Positions 50,494-60,626 of a DNA stretch of 64,000 nucleotides are shown here, one piece after another. The position numbers were made by a program, and so were the translations under genes. Each line of letters starts with the position of its first letter. Positions within the stretch are counted from its first letter, which is position 1. The stretch is from positions 128,001 through 192,000 of the forward strand of contig CAVRCF010000004.1 of assembly GCA_963719505.1 (NCBI GenBank), given 5' to 3'. Under the pieces are notes generated by a model. It ran no database searches. It was not told where the DNA came from and saw nothing but the letters and a program-made list of their open reading frames with translations. Source of the DNA: Halobacteriovoraceae bacterium. Lineage in GTDB: Bacteria > Bdellovibrionota > Bacteriovoracia > Bacteriovoracales > Bacteriovoracaceae.

Positions 50494-51038
50494 TGAAATT
50501 CGTCCTCTTATATTTTTTGACTTTGAGTGCCTGGGGCCATTCGGTAATAATTAATCCCCATTTTGGGCACACAGTTTCTGGAGACCTCTCTTCAAATGCT
50601 CTTGATTCAGACACAACAGTACAAGGATTGAGTGGGGGATTAAGACTTCTCTACAGGCATGACATTATTTACTACGGATTGGATTTAGAGAGAACAAGTT
50701 TTAAAATATCTGAGAGTGATCAAACAAATGGTTTTTCTAGTTCTACAGTCTCTATGATGGGAGGGCTTAGGTTCTCTGCCAATGAGTACTTTGGAAAATT
50801 TAAATTCCTTGGAGAAGCCACTCTTGATAACCTAGGATCTTTTGAAACGCCTGTCGGATTTGAAATAGGTTATTTAAGACGATTTATTGTTGATGGGGTG
50901 ACAAAAATAGCTCTCTTTATTAGCTATTCAACAACCCAGTGGGATGATTTTTCAAATAATACCTCTGGCACAAGTTTTGACCTCGAAGTTAGCCGTTTAT
51001 TAGTTGGAGTAAGCATACCGTTTGAAATTAGTTTATAA
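50493..51038 (+). CDS. Outer-membrane beta-barrel protein, paralogue 2 (divergent)
   Basis: Signal peptide, IINPHFG, C-terminal VGVSIPF. Confidence 0.65.
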   Translation: MKFVLLYFLTLSAWGHSVIINPHFGHTVSGDLSSNALDSDTTVQGLSGGLRLLYRHDIIYYGLDLERTSFKISESDQTNGFSSSTVSMMGGLRFSANEYFGKFKFLGEATLDNLGSFETPVGFEIGYLRRFIVDGVTKIALFISYSTTQWDDFSNNTSGTSFDLEVSRLLVGVSIPFEISL

Positions 51039-51059
51039 GTAAAATCTCAAGGAGGGATT

Positions 51060-51581
51060 ATGAAAAAAAGTTTATTATTAGTTATTGTTGGTGCATTTAT
51101 GGCCATGCCTGCAAATGCCGCACTTTTAATTGAGCCGTATATCGGTATGCATTTTAATTCTGAAGCAGAAGATGCAGATGCTGATATCACTGGAACAGGA
51201 ATTGGAGCGAGACTAGGTTATCAAAACCTTGGACTTATGCTAGGTCTAAACTATAAAAGTGCAAGCCTAGAATTTGAACCAGATTCAGGATCAAATTATG
51301 ACGTTGATCAAACAAGCTACGGTCTTTTTGTTGGTTACGAATTTCCAATTCTAGTAAGAGCTTGGGCTGAATACATTATTGGTGGAAACGCAGAATTTGA
51401 TGGAGGCTCAGAATTTGATACTATTTCAGGAACTCAATTAGGTGTTGGATATACAGGTCTTCCATTTGTTAGTTTAAATCTTGAAATCGGAAACTTAACT
51501 TATGAAGAAGGTCCTTCAGGAACTGATGACCAAGATATTTCAACTTATATGTTTAGTATTTCACTACCACTTACGCTTTAA
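51060..51581 (+). CDS. Outer-membrane beta-barrel protein, paralogue 3
   Basis: LIEPYIG, GARLGYQ, PILVRAWAEY, GLPFVSLNLE, FSISLPL. Confidence 0.75.
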   Translation: MKKSLLLVIVGAFMAMPANAALLIEPYIGMHFNSEAEDADADITGTGIGARLGYQNLGLMLGLNYKSASLEFEPDSGSNYDVDQTSYGLFVGYEFPILVRAWAEYIIGGNAEFDGGSEFDTISGTQLGVGYTGLPFVSLNLEIGNLTYEEGPSGTDDQDISTYMFSISLPLTL

Positions 51582-51590
51582 GAAAATAGT

Positions 51591-51616
51591 GTGGACCCAA
51601 TAGTCTTGGGTCCACT
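51591..51616. terminator. Bidirectional terminator hairpin
   Basis: GTGGACCCAA-TAGTC-TTGGGTCCAC between convergent genes. Confidence 0.65.
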
Positions 51617-51620
51617 TCAC

Positions 51621-52136
51621 TTATTCAAATATTGATAATTCTAATTTCTCTGTTTTAAATCCTAGATCTTTTGCAAACTGCACATACTCATTATAGTCAG
51701 CTTCATTCATTGATGTTGTTCTGCTCATAATCCAAAGAGACTTTCTATCATTCCCGCCAACAATAACGTATTCATAGTTGGGGTCTATTTTTACTATATT
51801 GTAATCGCCTTTGATTCTAAAAAGCCTTGACCACCATGTATAGAATCTAACTTCTAGTTCGGCATTCGTTTGAAAATTAATAATCTTGGCTTCACCTTTT
51901 ATTGTGGTCTTCTTCTTCTTTTTTATACAAGTATTAAGAACAGATATCTTCTGATCAGTCATAATTTCATAATCAGCCGTTTGGGCTAAGCAGCCTCTAG
52001 TAAAAATTTGAGGAAGAGAACTTATCACATACCACTTTCCAATATAGCGATTTACATCGATAACTTCATTTGTTGCGACACTCGTTGTACCACCAGCGAA
52101 AGCAGCCAAGCTTAAAATAAAGACCAGTATTTTCAT
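51621..52136 (-). CDS. blc: Bacterial lipocalin
   Basis: DVNRYIGKWYVI, A.Y.....ISVLNTC, DPNYEY, LWIMSRT. Confidence 0.88.
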   Translation of the reverse strand: MKILVFILSLAAFAGGTTSVATNEVIDVNRYIGKWYVISSLPQIFTRGCLAQTADYEIMTDQKISVLNTCIKKKKKTTIKGEAKIINFQTNAELEVRFYTWWSRLFRIKGDYNIVKIDPNYEYVIVGGNDRKSLWIMSRTTSMNEADYNEYVQFAKDLGFKTEKLELSIFE

Positions 52137-52254
52137 GGAAACTCCTTTGTTAATAGACTTCTACTATAGTATAGCCGCTTACGATAGTTTACATTTCATA
52201 GACAAGAAATTTTTGATTAGTTTTAAACACATTCAAAGATAAAAGATAAAAGAT

Positions 52255-52284
52255 AAAAAAAAGGCCCGGGATTTATCCCAGGCC
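52255..52284 (-). terminator. Rho-independent terminator of rpsD
   Basis: Minus strand GGCCTGGGAT-AA-ATCCCGGGCC followed by T8. Confidence 0.7.
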
Positions 52285-52311
52285 AATTCAATTATAAATC
52301 TAATCTTTAAA

Positions 52312-52952
52312 TTATGATTTAATTTTCCAGTAATATTCGATCACTAATCGTTTTTCGAATGCGAATGGAATATCTTCCGGTAGTGGCTCAGAAACAACTT
52401 TAGCTTTTTCTTTTTCACCATCATCTTCTTTTGAAAGAAATGCTGGAATAGCAGAAAGTCTTGGTCTTGCTTGAGCTTGAAGGTAGTTTCCTGACTTCGC
52501 ACCTTTATCCTGAGATTGTAATTTCGTCACCAACATTTACTGTTGCAGAAGCAATATTACATTTCTTACCGTTAACTAGAGATTGTCCGTGACTTACCAT
52601 TTGTCTTGCTGCTGCAATTGATGGAGCCCAGTTAAGTCTGAAGACAACATTATCTAGTCTAGACTCTAAAGAGATGACAAGAGAATCAACCCATGCTCTT
52701 TTATGTCTTTTTTACATTTTTTAATAAGATTAACTGAGTTGTTTTTCTCTAACACCGTAGTGAAATCTAACTTTTTGTTTTTCCATAAGACGAATCGTAT
52801 AGTCAGAAAGTTTCTTTCTTTTCATACCGTGCATGACCTGGACCGTATGGTCTTCTCTCTATAGCACCAGCTTTACCAAGTCCTGGTAATTCAACTCCAA
52901 GTCTTCTTTGGATTTTGAAGGCAGACTTTCCGCCCATCGTAGTTTTTGACAT
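52312..52952 (-). pseudogene. rpsD: 30S ribosomal protein S4 with four frameshifts (possible sequencing artefact)
   Basis: Segments in shifting frames: MSKTTMGGKSAFKIQRRLGVELPGL...PYGPG / [32 protein letters not shown] / [34 protein letters not shown] / LVIEYY. Confidence 0.88.
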
Positions 52953-53103
52953 CTTTTATCCTTTGTACTAGAACCCAAGTAGAATTTGATTGTAAACCGT
53001 TGAGTTATAGCAGGAAACGTTTATATGAATTCACTGTTAATGCCTGCTTCCAAAAATCAGTAGAGTGAATGTAATAAAATTAACCCTTTGTGGCAAGGAG
53101 ATT

Positions 53104-53571
53104 CTATAACTCTTTTACACTATTTAATAGGTTGACCATCTCAATTGTGCCAAGCGCAACTTCCCAGCCTTTATTTCCAGCTTTCGTTCCAGCACGCTCT
53201 ATCGCCTGCTCAATATTTTCAGTTGTTAGAACGCCGAACATCACCGGTAGACCGTGGTCAAGACCAACCTTTGCTATTCCTTTGGCCGCTTCATTACATA
53301 CATAGTCATAGTGCGTTGTAGCACCTCTGATAACACAGCCAAGACAGATAATCGCGTCAAACTTTTTCGTCTCAGCCAGCTTTTTAGCAACAAGAGGTAG
53401 CTCATAAGCCCCAGGGACCCAAACTTCCGTTATTGAATCTTCATCAACACCGTGGCGAACTAAACAGTCGTGTGCACCACCGTGAAGTTTTGAAACGATG
53501 AACTCATTAAATCTTGCCGATACAATAGCAATCTTTTGATTTTCTCCAGTTAACTTTCCTTCAATCATCAT
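53104..53571 (-). CDS. ribH: 6,7-dimethyl-8-ribityllumazine synthase
   Basis: [38 protein letters not shown]. Confidence 0.96.
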   Translation of the reverse strand: MMIEGKLTGENQKIAIVSARFNEFIVSKLHGGAHDCLVRHGVDEDSITEVWVPGAYELPLVAKKLAETKKFDAIICLGCVIRGATTHYDYVCNEAAKGIAKVGLDHGLPVMFGVLTTENIEQAIERAGTKAGNKGWEVALGTIEMVNLLNSVKEL

Positions 53572-53586
53572 GTCATTTTCCTTTAA

Positions 53587-54219
53587 TTAAATATTTTGTT
53601 TAAATTTTTTAAGATCTTCTATTGATATAAGTTTGAGATTAAATTTCTGTGCGAGAACCTCAAGCTCGCCAACTCTTGCACAGCTTCCATCTTCATTTAA
53701 AATTTCGCAGATAACTCCAGCTGGGCGATAGCCAGCTAAAACGGCAAGATCTACAGCAGCTTCAGTGTGGCCTTCTCGAACTAAAACTCCACCTTCTTTT
53801 GCGATAAGGGGAAATATATGTCCTGGTCTGACAAAATCCGATGGCTTCGATTGAGGATCAGCTAAAAGTTTCAAGGTCGTCATTCTATCTTCTGCAGAAA
53901 TCCCTGTGGAGATATCATGTGAGGCATCTATTGAGACGGTAAAGGCTGTGCCTTGATGGTCTGAGCCGTCACTATACATCAGGGGAAGGTGAAGATCAGC
54001 CGCAATTTGAGTTGAAACTGGTGCACAAATTAAGCCTCTACCGTGGGTGGCCATAAAGTTCACATCGGCAGCGGTAACAATTTGGGCGGGCATGATGAAG
54101 TCTCCTTCATTTTCACGATTTTCGTCATCCACCACGATTACCATTTTGCCGATCTTTAAATCTTCAATAGCTTCTTCGATGGTATTAAAAACGTCACTCA
54201 CTTTTGATCCTTTGCCCAT
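53587..54219 (-). CDS. ribB: 3,4-dihydroxy-2-butanone-4-phosphate synthase (stand-alone)
   Basis: [35 protein letters not shown]; no GTP cyclohydrolase II domain. Confidence 0.94.
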   Translation of the reverse strand: MGKGSKVSDVFNTIEEAIEDLKIGKMVIVVDDENRENEGDFIMPAQIVTAADVNFMATHGRGLICAPVSTQIAADLHLPLMYSDGSDHQGTAFTVSIDASHDISTGISAEDRMTTLKLLADPQSKPSDFVRPGHIFPLIAKEGGVLVREGHTEAAVDLAVLAGYRPAGVICEILNEDGSCARVGELEVLAQKFNLKLISIEDLKKFKQNI

Positions 54220-54842
54220 TGGTCTAGATTGAAACTTTTCTTTGAATTTGATTTCATAAAGCCCACGAAGTTCTCTAGATACTTTGCCATCATATCTACT
54301 TCAATATTGAGGTAATCTCCAACCTTTTTTGTATGAAGAATAGTATTATCCCAAGTGTGGGGTATTATTGACACCGAAAAAGCCGTAGATGTAAGTTTTG
54401 AAATTGTGAGGCTAATTCCTTCTAAAGCAATTGAACCTTCACTTATCATATACCTTCTTAAATCACTTGGAGCTTCAATTGTGATGTCGAAATTTTTACC
54501 TTTTGAATCAATTTTTAAAATTTTTCCTGTCCCGTTAACATGACCTTGAACAAAGTGACCACCTAATCTGTCCATGGGTCTAAGTGCCAGCTCTAAGTTT
54601 ACTTTTGAGCCGACGGTGAGCTTTCCGGTGGTGGTCTTCTCTAAAGTGACATGAACGGCTTGAACTTTGAAGGTTTTGTCTTTAATTTGTGTTGCTGTTA
54701 AGCAGACGCCATTTGTCGCAATTGAATCATCAATTTTAATTTCCTCGATAAGTTTAGGAGCTTCGATAGTGAACTCTTTCCCCTCAGGATTTGATTTAAT
54801 GGCTTTAATTATTCCAATGTCTTTTATTAGTCCGGTAAACAT
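54198..54842 (-). CDS. ribE: Riboflavin synthase
   Basis: [37 protein letters not shown]. Confidence 0.95.
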   Translation of the reverse strand: MFTGLIKDIGIIKAIKSNPEGKEFTIEAPKLIEEIKIDDSIATNGVCLTATQIKDKTFKVQAVHVTLEKTTTGKLTVGSKVNLELALRPMDRLGGHFVQGHVNGTGKILKIDSKGKNFDITIEAPSDLRRYMISEGSIALEGISLTISKLTSTAFSVSIIPHTWDNTILHTKKVGDYLNIEVDMMAKYLENFVGFMKSNSKKSFNLDQWAKDQK

Positions 54843-54843
54843 T

Positions 54844-55926
54844 CTACTTCCTAAGTCCTGTGATACAGATGTCTGTTCCTAAAGATTTGTGTTCTATATT
54901 TTTGAGCTCCAAGCTCTCACTCATTTTATCAATTGATAAGTCTTTCACTGAGCTATTTCCGCTTCCTAGAATTTTGGGTGCGATGTAGAAGCTCACTCTA
55001 TTAAAGAATTTCTTCTTTAAAAAATGAGAATGCACAATACTGCCTCCCTCAACAAAGAGTGAGGTTACCATAAAATCATCGTAGAGTATCTTACACATCT
55101 GTTCTACATCGATATTACCGGAGCTATCTCTTGGGACATAAATGATATTAGCTTTGATTTTTGTTTGAGTATTCTCCGGAAGAATCAAGTGGGTCATCTC
55201 TTTATATTGGTCGTTGAAAAGAAAAAGATCTTCAGGAAGAATCCCACTTACGGAGATAATAAATCTCTTTATCGCCTTGGTTTTGTTTTTGGTTCGAACA
55301 GTTAATATCGGGTTGTCCAATCTGGCCGTGTTAGCCCCTATAAGAATACCATCGAAAGAGAGTCTCTTTTCGTGAACGTCTGCTCGGGAGAGTTCATTGG
55401 TAATCCACTTGGATTCGCCCAAATGAGTTGCCGTTTTACCATCTAGAGTTTGTGCTATTTTGAGATGAATGAATGGAGTCTTATTAACGATATGGTGAAA
55501 GAATATCTCATTGAGTTTCTCACCTTCATCTTTAAGGACGCCAACGATCACTTCTATCCCCGCATCGACAAGTATTTTTACACCTTGACCGGCAACTTCA
55601 GGATTTGGATCGAGGTTGGCGATCACAACAGTTGATATACCTTCTTTTACTAGTCTTTGAGCGCAAGGAGGTGTTTTTTTATTAGTATGGCAGCAAGGCT
55701 CTAAATTACAGTAAAGAGTTGCTCCAACAACTGAAGAAGTCGCATTATTAAAAGCATCGACTTCAGCGTGATCAAGACCAGCTTTGTGATGATATCCTTT
55801 GGCAATAACTTGATCACCTTTGACAATAACACAGCCAACTAGTGGGTTTGGTGAAACATCTCCCAAAGCTTTCAAGGCCAAATCAAAACACTGCTTCATA
55901 TAGGTTTCATGGACTTTAGAGCTCAA
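54844..55926 (-). CDS. ribD: Bifunctional riboflavin deaminase/reductase
   Basis: PNPLVGC, HAEV, LEPCCH..KTPPC, LDGK, VEGG. Confidence 0.95.
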   Translation of the reverse strand: MSSKVHETYMKQCFDLALKALGDVSPNPLVGCVIVKGDQVIAKGYHHKAGLDHAEVDAFNNATSSVVGATLYCNLEPCCHTNKKTPPCAQRLVKEGISTVVIANLDPNPEVAGQGVKILVDAGIEVIVGVLKDEGEKLNEIFFHHIVNKTPFIHLKIAQTLDGKTATHLGESKWITNELSRADVHEKRLSFDGILIGANTARLDNPILTVRTKNKTKAIKRFIISVSGILPEDLFLFNDQYKEMTHLILPENTQTKIKANIIYVPRDSSGNIDVEQMCKILYDDFMVTSLFVEGGSIVHSHFLKKKFFNRVSFYIAPKILGSGNSSVKDLSIDKMSESLELKNIEHKSLGTDICITGLRK

Positions 55927-56867
55927 AGGGGAACCTCAGTATAGGTATAAACATCGGGAGCAGCTTTAATGAGATCGTGAAAAGGTTTGAGTGAGTATTG
56001 TGGCTGCACGCCAATCCACTCTTTTATTGAGGCGTCTGGCTTCGCTTGGTTGATCCAGTGAAAAATACAAGCCTGTCTCAAACTTTTAGCCGTTATCTTA
56101 TCATTAAGCTTGTTGCCAAATTCTTTAAACAGAACCTCGATACCACGAGGGGAGAGGCCGCCGGCTAAAATTTTATAAGGATTCGCATTGAAAAAAAAGT
56201 TTGAAAATTCAATATCATCTTTTACTTTTTGCTCTTCTAAAAAACCGACATAAGGGGTGTAAAATCTCTCAAAATTCGCAGACAGCTCAACAGTGTAGGG
56301 ATCTCTTTTGGGTGGTGTTATCATGACTCGAAATGCGCCGTCTTGCTGTCTAAAGACGTGTTTACTTTCAAGGGCCTCAAGGTCTGAAACTTTCAGCCCG
56401 CCACCGTAGATGAGCTCAATAAGCACCAAGTTTCTGTAGGCCGTCAGACGCTCTAGGGGCTTTTTACTTTTAGTATTGGCGAAATTTAATTCATACAGTT
56501 TGATCAGGAGTTTAAAGCTTGCAGGATTTGGTTTGTCGACTCTCTTAGGGGCAACTGCCGCCTGCTTGAGAGGATTGTGTTCGATGAGACCTTTGTGGAC
56601 GAGAGTATCGAAAAAGATACGCAAGGCCTGGATTCTTCTTCTAATTGAATTAGGCGAATTATAGGTGTCTTCAAGGAACTTATTGTATTCTAACACCTCA
56701 GCGTGGGTCATCTCAGTGATGAAGAGATCTCGACCCTTTAAGGCAAGATACTTATTGTAGCAGTTGAGATCAGTTTTATAGTTTTTAACGGTATTGAAGC
56801 TTTTCCCAGCTGCATTTAGTTGATCAAGAAAAGCTTTTTGTTCGGAGATAAGGTCTATTTTGTTCAT
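55923..56867 (-). CDS. XerC/XerD-like tyrosine recombinase fold lacking catalytic residues
   Basis: SAM-like N-terminus (SFNTVKNYKTDL, SIRRRIQALRIFF); box I YGGGLKVSDL, box II TAKSLRQAC, WIGV...F. Confidence 0.8.
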   Translation of the reverse strand: MNKIDLISEQKAFLDQLNAAGKSFNTVKNYKTDLNCYNKYLALKGRDLFITEMTHAEVLEYNKFLEDTYNSPNSIRRRIQALRIFFDTLVHKGLIEHNPLKQAAVAPKRVDKPNPASFKLLIKLYELNFANTKSKKPLERLTAYRNLVLIELIYGGGLKVSDLEALESKHVFRQQDGAFRVMITPPKRDPYTVELSANFERFYTPYVGFLEEQKVKDDIEFSNFFFNANPYKILAGGLSPRGIEVLFKEFGNKLNDKITAKSLRQACIFHWINQAKPDASIKEWIGVQPQYSLKPFHDLIKAAPDVYTYTEVPL

Positions 56868-57029
56868 GGTGCGTATATACCTTAATTTTCTCGTGAGTTC
56901 AATTACTTATAGATATGAAGTAATTTCACATAGGGATTTACAACCCCTTTACTGCGGTGCTAGAAGTGAGCATTCAAATAGATGGTAGATGTCTTTAAGA
57001 CTCAGACCTTGACGACCTTAGGAGCATGA

Positions 57030-57824
57030 ATGAGTTTAACTCGTTTAAGTGAATATTTTATTAATGAGTATTTTCCACTCAATAAAGCGGCCACAAAGGC
57101 GGACTTCCAAGCGGAAGTCTCCTCAAAAGTGAGTTCAGTCCTAAATTATAGTTTTCAAAATAATGACCTTCTTATCGAGTCTTTAACCCATAAATCATTT
57201 TCTCATGAATCTAAGTTCGATCTTCTCTACAACGAGAGGCTTGAGTTCTTGGGAGATGCGATATTGGACCTTATTGTTTCTGATGAAATTTTTAAAGCCT
57301 TTCCAGAGTCTCCTGAAGGGGATCTGTCTAAATTGAGATCGACTATTGTTAATGAAGCGACTCTGTCTCATATTGCACAGATGAACAACTTGGATAAACT
57401 CATTCTCTTGGGCAAAGGTGAAATAAAGAATAATGGCTTTAATAAAGCGAGTGTTCTTTCAGACTGCTTTGAAGCCGTTGTTGGAGCTGTTTATCTCGAT
57501 TCTAATTTTGAAACCGTAAAAAGCGTTGTTTCTGAAGTCTTTAAAAATTATGAAGTTAAAGCAAGTGTAGAGCTTTTCGATCTAAAGTCTCTTAAGGATT
57601 CAGATCCCAAAAGTAAGCTTCAAGAAATCACGATGAAAGAGTTTCAAGTCACTCCAAAATATGAGTCTGAAGAGATTGTTGAAAATAAACAAAAGGTATT
57701 TGAAGTTAAGATTTTGATAAAAGATCAAGTCTTAGCTTCGGAAAAAAATATTTCAAAAAAGAAAGCCATGCAAAACCTTGCCAGCAAAGTATTAAAAGAA
57801 AACATCTATAAAAATATAAACTAA
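57030..57824 (+). CDS. rnc: Ribonuclease III
   Basis: NERLEFLGDA, EGDLSKLRS, DCFEAVVGAVYLD, DPKSKLQE. Confidence 0.95.
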   Translation: MSLTRLSEYFINEYFPLNKAATKADFQAEVSSKVSSVLNYSFQNNDLLIESLTHKSFSHESKFDLLYNERLEFLGDAILDLIVSDEIFKAFPESPEGDLSKLRSTIVNEATLSHIAQMNNLDKLILLGKGEIKNNGFNKASVLSDCFEAVVGAVYLDSNFETVKSVVSEVFKNYEVKASVELFDLKSLKDSDPKSKLQEITMKEFQVTPKYESEEIVENKQKVFEVKILIKDQVLASEKNISKKKAMQNLASKVLKENIYKNIN

Positions 57825-57833
57825 GGACAAAAA

Positions 57834-58808
57834 ATGTTAATGACTGATCAAAACCCATTTAATAAATCAATTATGATTGCCCTTTTGGGAAAGCCAAACG
57901 CAGGAAAGTCAACGCTCATCAATTATCTTTTGGGATTTGACCTCTCTATTGTAAGCTCGATGCCACAGACAACGAGGAATCAGTTTCACTGTGCCTTTAC
58001 AGTGGATAAAACAACTGAAGTTGTTCTTGTTGACACTCCGGGTGTTCACTCTTCAAGTAAAGAGTTAAACATAAGAATGAATGGTCAAGCTCAGTACGGA
58101 AGTGAAGGAGCTGATTTAAATTTTCTCCTTCTCGATATAAATAAAGATGTTATTGAAGACACGAAATCCTTTTTAAAGGAATTCGAAAAAAGTTTAAGCC
58201 GCACTTGGATTGTTTTTACCAAGGTTGATAGAATGGAAAATAACTCTTTTGACTTCGAAGGCAATTTTGCTCAAATTAAAGAGCTGATTCCTGGTGCTGA
58301 GAAGTACTTTGCAATTTCAGCAAAAGAAGGAACAAATGTTCACAACTTAACAGGTGAGATTGTTGATGAAGCCAAAGAGGGACCCCATCTTTATCCAAAC
58401 GGTACGGTTTCAAATAAAAACGAAAGATTCTTTGCAACAGAATATATAAGAGAACAAGCTTTTAAAATTTTAAAAGATGAGCTGCCTTATGAAATCGCAG
58501 TTGTTATCGAAGATTTTCAAGACGGTTTTAAGGATGAAGAAAAATCCATCTCAAGAGATACAAAAATTTCCGCATCTATTCTTGTTAATAGACCTAGTCA
58601 AAGAGCCATCGTTGTTGGTGCAAAGGGTAAAAATATAAAAGAGATCGGAACAGGGGCAAGAAAGAAAATTGAAGCCATGGTTGGGGATAGAGTTCACCTT
58701 AATCTACACGTAAAAGTGAGTCCAAAGTGGTTTAAAAATAACTTTGTTTTAGATGAAATAGGTCTTCCTAGAACTCATAAGTCTAATAGAGTTTGGAGAA
58801 AAAAATAA
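57834..58808 (+). CDS. era: GTPase Era
   Basis: [21 protein letters not shown] domain [14 protein letters not shown]. Confidence 0.95.
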   Translation: MLMTDQNPFNKSIMIALLGKPNAGKSTLINYLLGFDLSIVSSMPQTTRNQFHCAFTVDKTTEVVLVDTPGVHSSSKELNIRMNGQAQYGSEGADLNFLLLDINKDVIEDTKSFLKEFEKSLSRTWIVFTKVDRMENNSFDFEGNFAQIKELIPGAEKYFAISAKEGTNVHNLTGEIVDEAKEGPHLYPNGTVSNKNERFFATEYIREQAFKILKDELPYEIAVVIEDFQDGFKDEEKSISRDTKISASILVNRPSQRAIVVGAKGKNIKEIGTGARKKIEAMVGDRVHLNLHVKVSPKWFKNNFVLDEIGLPRTHKSNRVWRKK

Positions 58809-60592
58809 TGAAACGTAATACTAGATCAGCAGTTATCTCTCTCATAGGGAGACCGAATGTTGGAAAGAGCTCTCTTTTTAATAGGCTCATGAGAAAAAAC
58901 TATAAAGCCATGACTCACGATCTTCCCGGAGTTACTCGTGATCGCCACTACGGAATTGCATCGTTCTACGATAGATCCGAAGAAAACCCTGAAGATGTCA
59001 TTCTTGTCGATACGGGGGGATTCTATCCTGAAAAAGTCGAAAAAGTGGAGAAGCTTGGAAAGAAAAAAACAGCGGAACCGTTTTTTAACCTGATGGCCGA
59101 TCATGCTAAAGTCGCTATTGGTGAAAGTGATCTCGTTTTATTTGTTGTTGATGTTCGAGAAGGTCTTCTTCCTTTTGATAAGGGAATTTGCGATTATATA
59201 AGAACCACAAAAAAGAAAATGTGGCTTATCGTTAATAAATTTGATTCAGATTCTCAATGGGGTACTGAGGCAGATTTCTATGAACTTGGCTTACATGAAG
59301 ACCAATACCTCATCGTCTCCGCTGAACACGGAAGGGGACTGGGTGAGATGAGAGAGAGAATCTATAATTTCGTTGGTGAATTTAACAAAGAAGTCAAAGA
59401 GCTGGAAGAAGTTCAAAAAGGTGTTAAACCAAACTTTGATGTCGTTGCTAATATAGCTTTAATTGGAGCTCCTAATGCTGGGAAGTCAACACTGCTCAAT
59501 AATCTAGTTGGCGCTCAAAGAGCAGTTGTCTCTGATATTGCTGGGACGACAGTGGATCCAATAGAGGGATATTTTGATTTATTTTTTGGTAAAGATGTGT
59601 CAGCCCTTACAGCCCAAGAAAATGCTTTTAGAAAAACCAATATGGATTTATATAAAGAGTATAATGAATTTGAAGAAGAGTTTGGTGAAGAGGCTTTAAT
59701 CGCTTATGAGAACCTTACTCCGCAGATGACGGACGCATCACTTGAAGCTATAGACGATAGTGACGAAGAAATGGAAGTCGGAGACCTTGAGAATGAGGCC
59801 CTTTTCTCTGTCGAAGATAATATGGAAGCTCTCGAATCAGATGATTCCGTAGAAGTATCTGAAGAAGCAGTTGAGGATGAAGAACTACCAGAACCTCACC
59901 GTTCGATAAAAATCGTCGACACAGCAGGTATTAGAAAACAAAGTAGCGTTAAAGGTTTTATAGAAGAGCAGTCGGTTTATCGTTCCCTTAGGGCCATTAC
60001 AGAAGCTGATGTTGTTGTTTATATGATCGATGCCACCAAAGGGATTGCTCATCAAGACAGAAGATTGGTGGATGTTGCTTTGGAGCGAGGGAAGTCGGTT
60101 ATCATATGTCTTAATAAGATTGATCTCATGCGAGAGGTGATCGACGATCCGAAAAGAAAAAAAGAATGGCTCCTTGATCTTAGGGCAACTGTTCCTTGGT
60201 TGAGTTTCTGTGAGCTTTTGACTATTTCTGCGAAAAAAGGATCTTTCCTTGGAACGTTTAGAAAATCATTAGCGAAAACAATTCTTATTAGAAATAAAAA
60301 GCTTGGGACAAGTAAACTGAATAAGGTTGTGTCTGGTCTTGTGGATCGGCACCCGGTTGTCCTAAAAAGAGCAGAAGGTGCAGTCTTTAAGGTTAAGTAT
60401 GTTTCGATGTTAAAATCGGCTCCGCCAACCTTTCTTCTTTTTACAAATAAATCAAAAGGGGTTCCAGCCAACTACAAGAAGTACCTTCAAAGTGGCTTGA
60501 GAAATGAATTTGGGCTTGTAAACACTCCAGTCCATCTGATTTTTAGAACTGCTGCGGATATTGAAAAAAGATTGAAAAAAAGTAAGTTATAA
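58808..60592 (+). CDS. der: Ribosome biogenesis GTPase Der (EngA) with acidic insertion in GD2
   Basis: [18 protein letters not shown] and [19 protein letters not shown]-terminal PPTF domain. Confidence 0.93.
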   Translation: MKRNTRSAVISLIGRPNVGKSSLFNRLMRKNYKAMTHDLPGVTRDRHYGIASFYDRSEENPEDVILVDTGGFYPEKVEKVEKLGKKKTAEPFFNLMADHAKVAIGESDLVLFVVDVREGLLPFDKGICDYIRTTKKKMWLIVNKFDSDSQWGTEADFYELGLHEDQYLIVSAEHGRGLGEMRERIYNFVGEFNKEVKELEEVQKGVKPNFDVVANIALIGAPNAGKSTLLNNLVGAQRAVVSDIAGTTVDPIEGYFDLFFGKDVSALTAQENAFRKTNMDLYKEYNEFEEEFGEEALIAYENLTPQMTDASLEAIDDSDEEMEVGDLENEALFSVEDNMEALESDDSVEVSEEAVEDEELPEPHRSIKIVDTAGIRKQSSVKGFIEEQSVYRSLRAITEADVVVYMIDATKGIAHQDRRLVDVALERGKSVIICLNKIDLMREVIDDPKRKKEWLLDLRATVPWLSFCELLTISAKKGSFLGTFRKSLAKTILIRNKKLGTSKLNKVVSGLVDRHPVVLKRAEGAVFKVKYVSMLKSAPPTFLLFTNKSKGVPANYKKYLQSGLRNEFGLVNTPVHLIFRTAADIEKRLKKSKL

Positions 60593-60597
60593 GATTG

Positions 60598-60626
60598 GGC
60601 CCATCTCTAAGATGGGCTTTTTTTTT
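60598..60626 (+). terminator. Rho-independent terminator after der
   Basis: GGCCCATCT-CTA-AGATGGGCT followed by a T run. Confidence 0.75.

Noticed and set aside
52235-52256. AAAGATA-type short repeat x3
   Set aside because: Low-complexity tract next to a terminator; no functional evidence
55923-56867. Xer-like gene as a prophage or island integrase
   Set aside because: Flanked by core genes, no att repeats or cargo, catalytic residues missing
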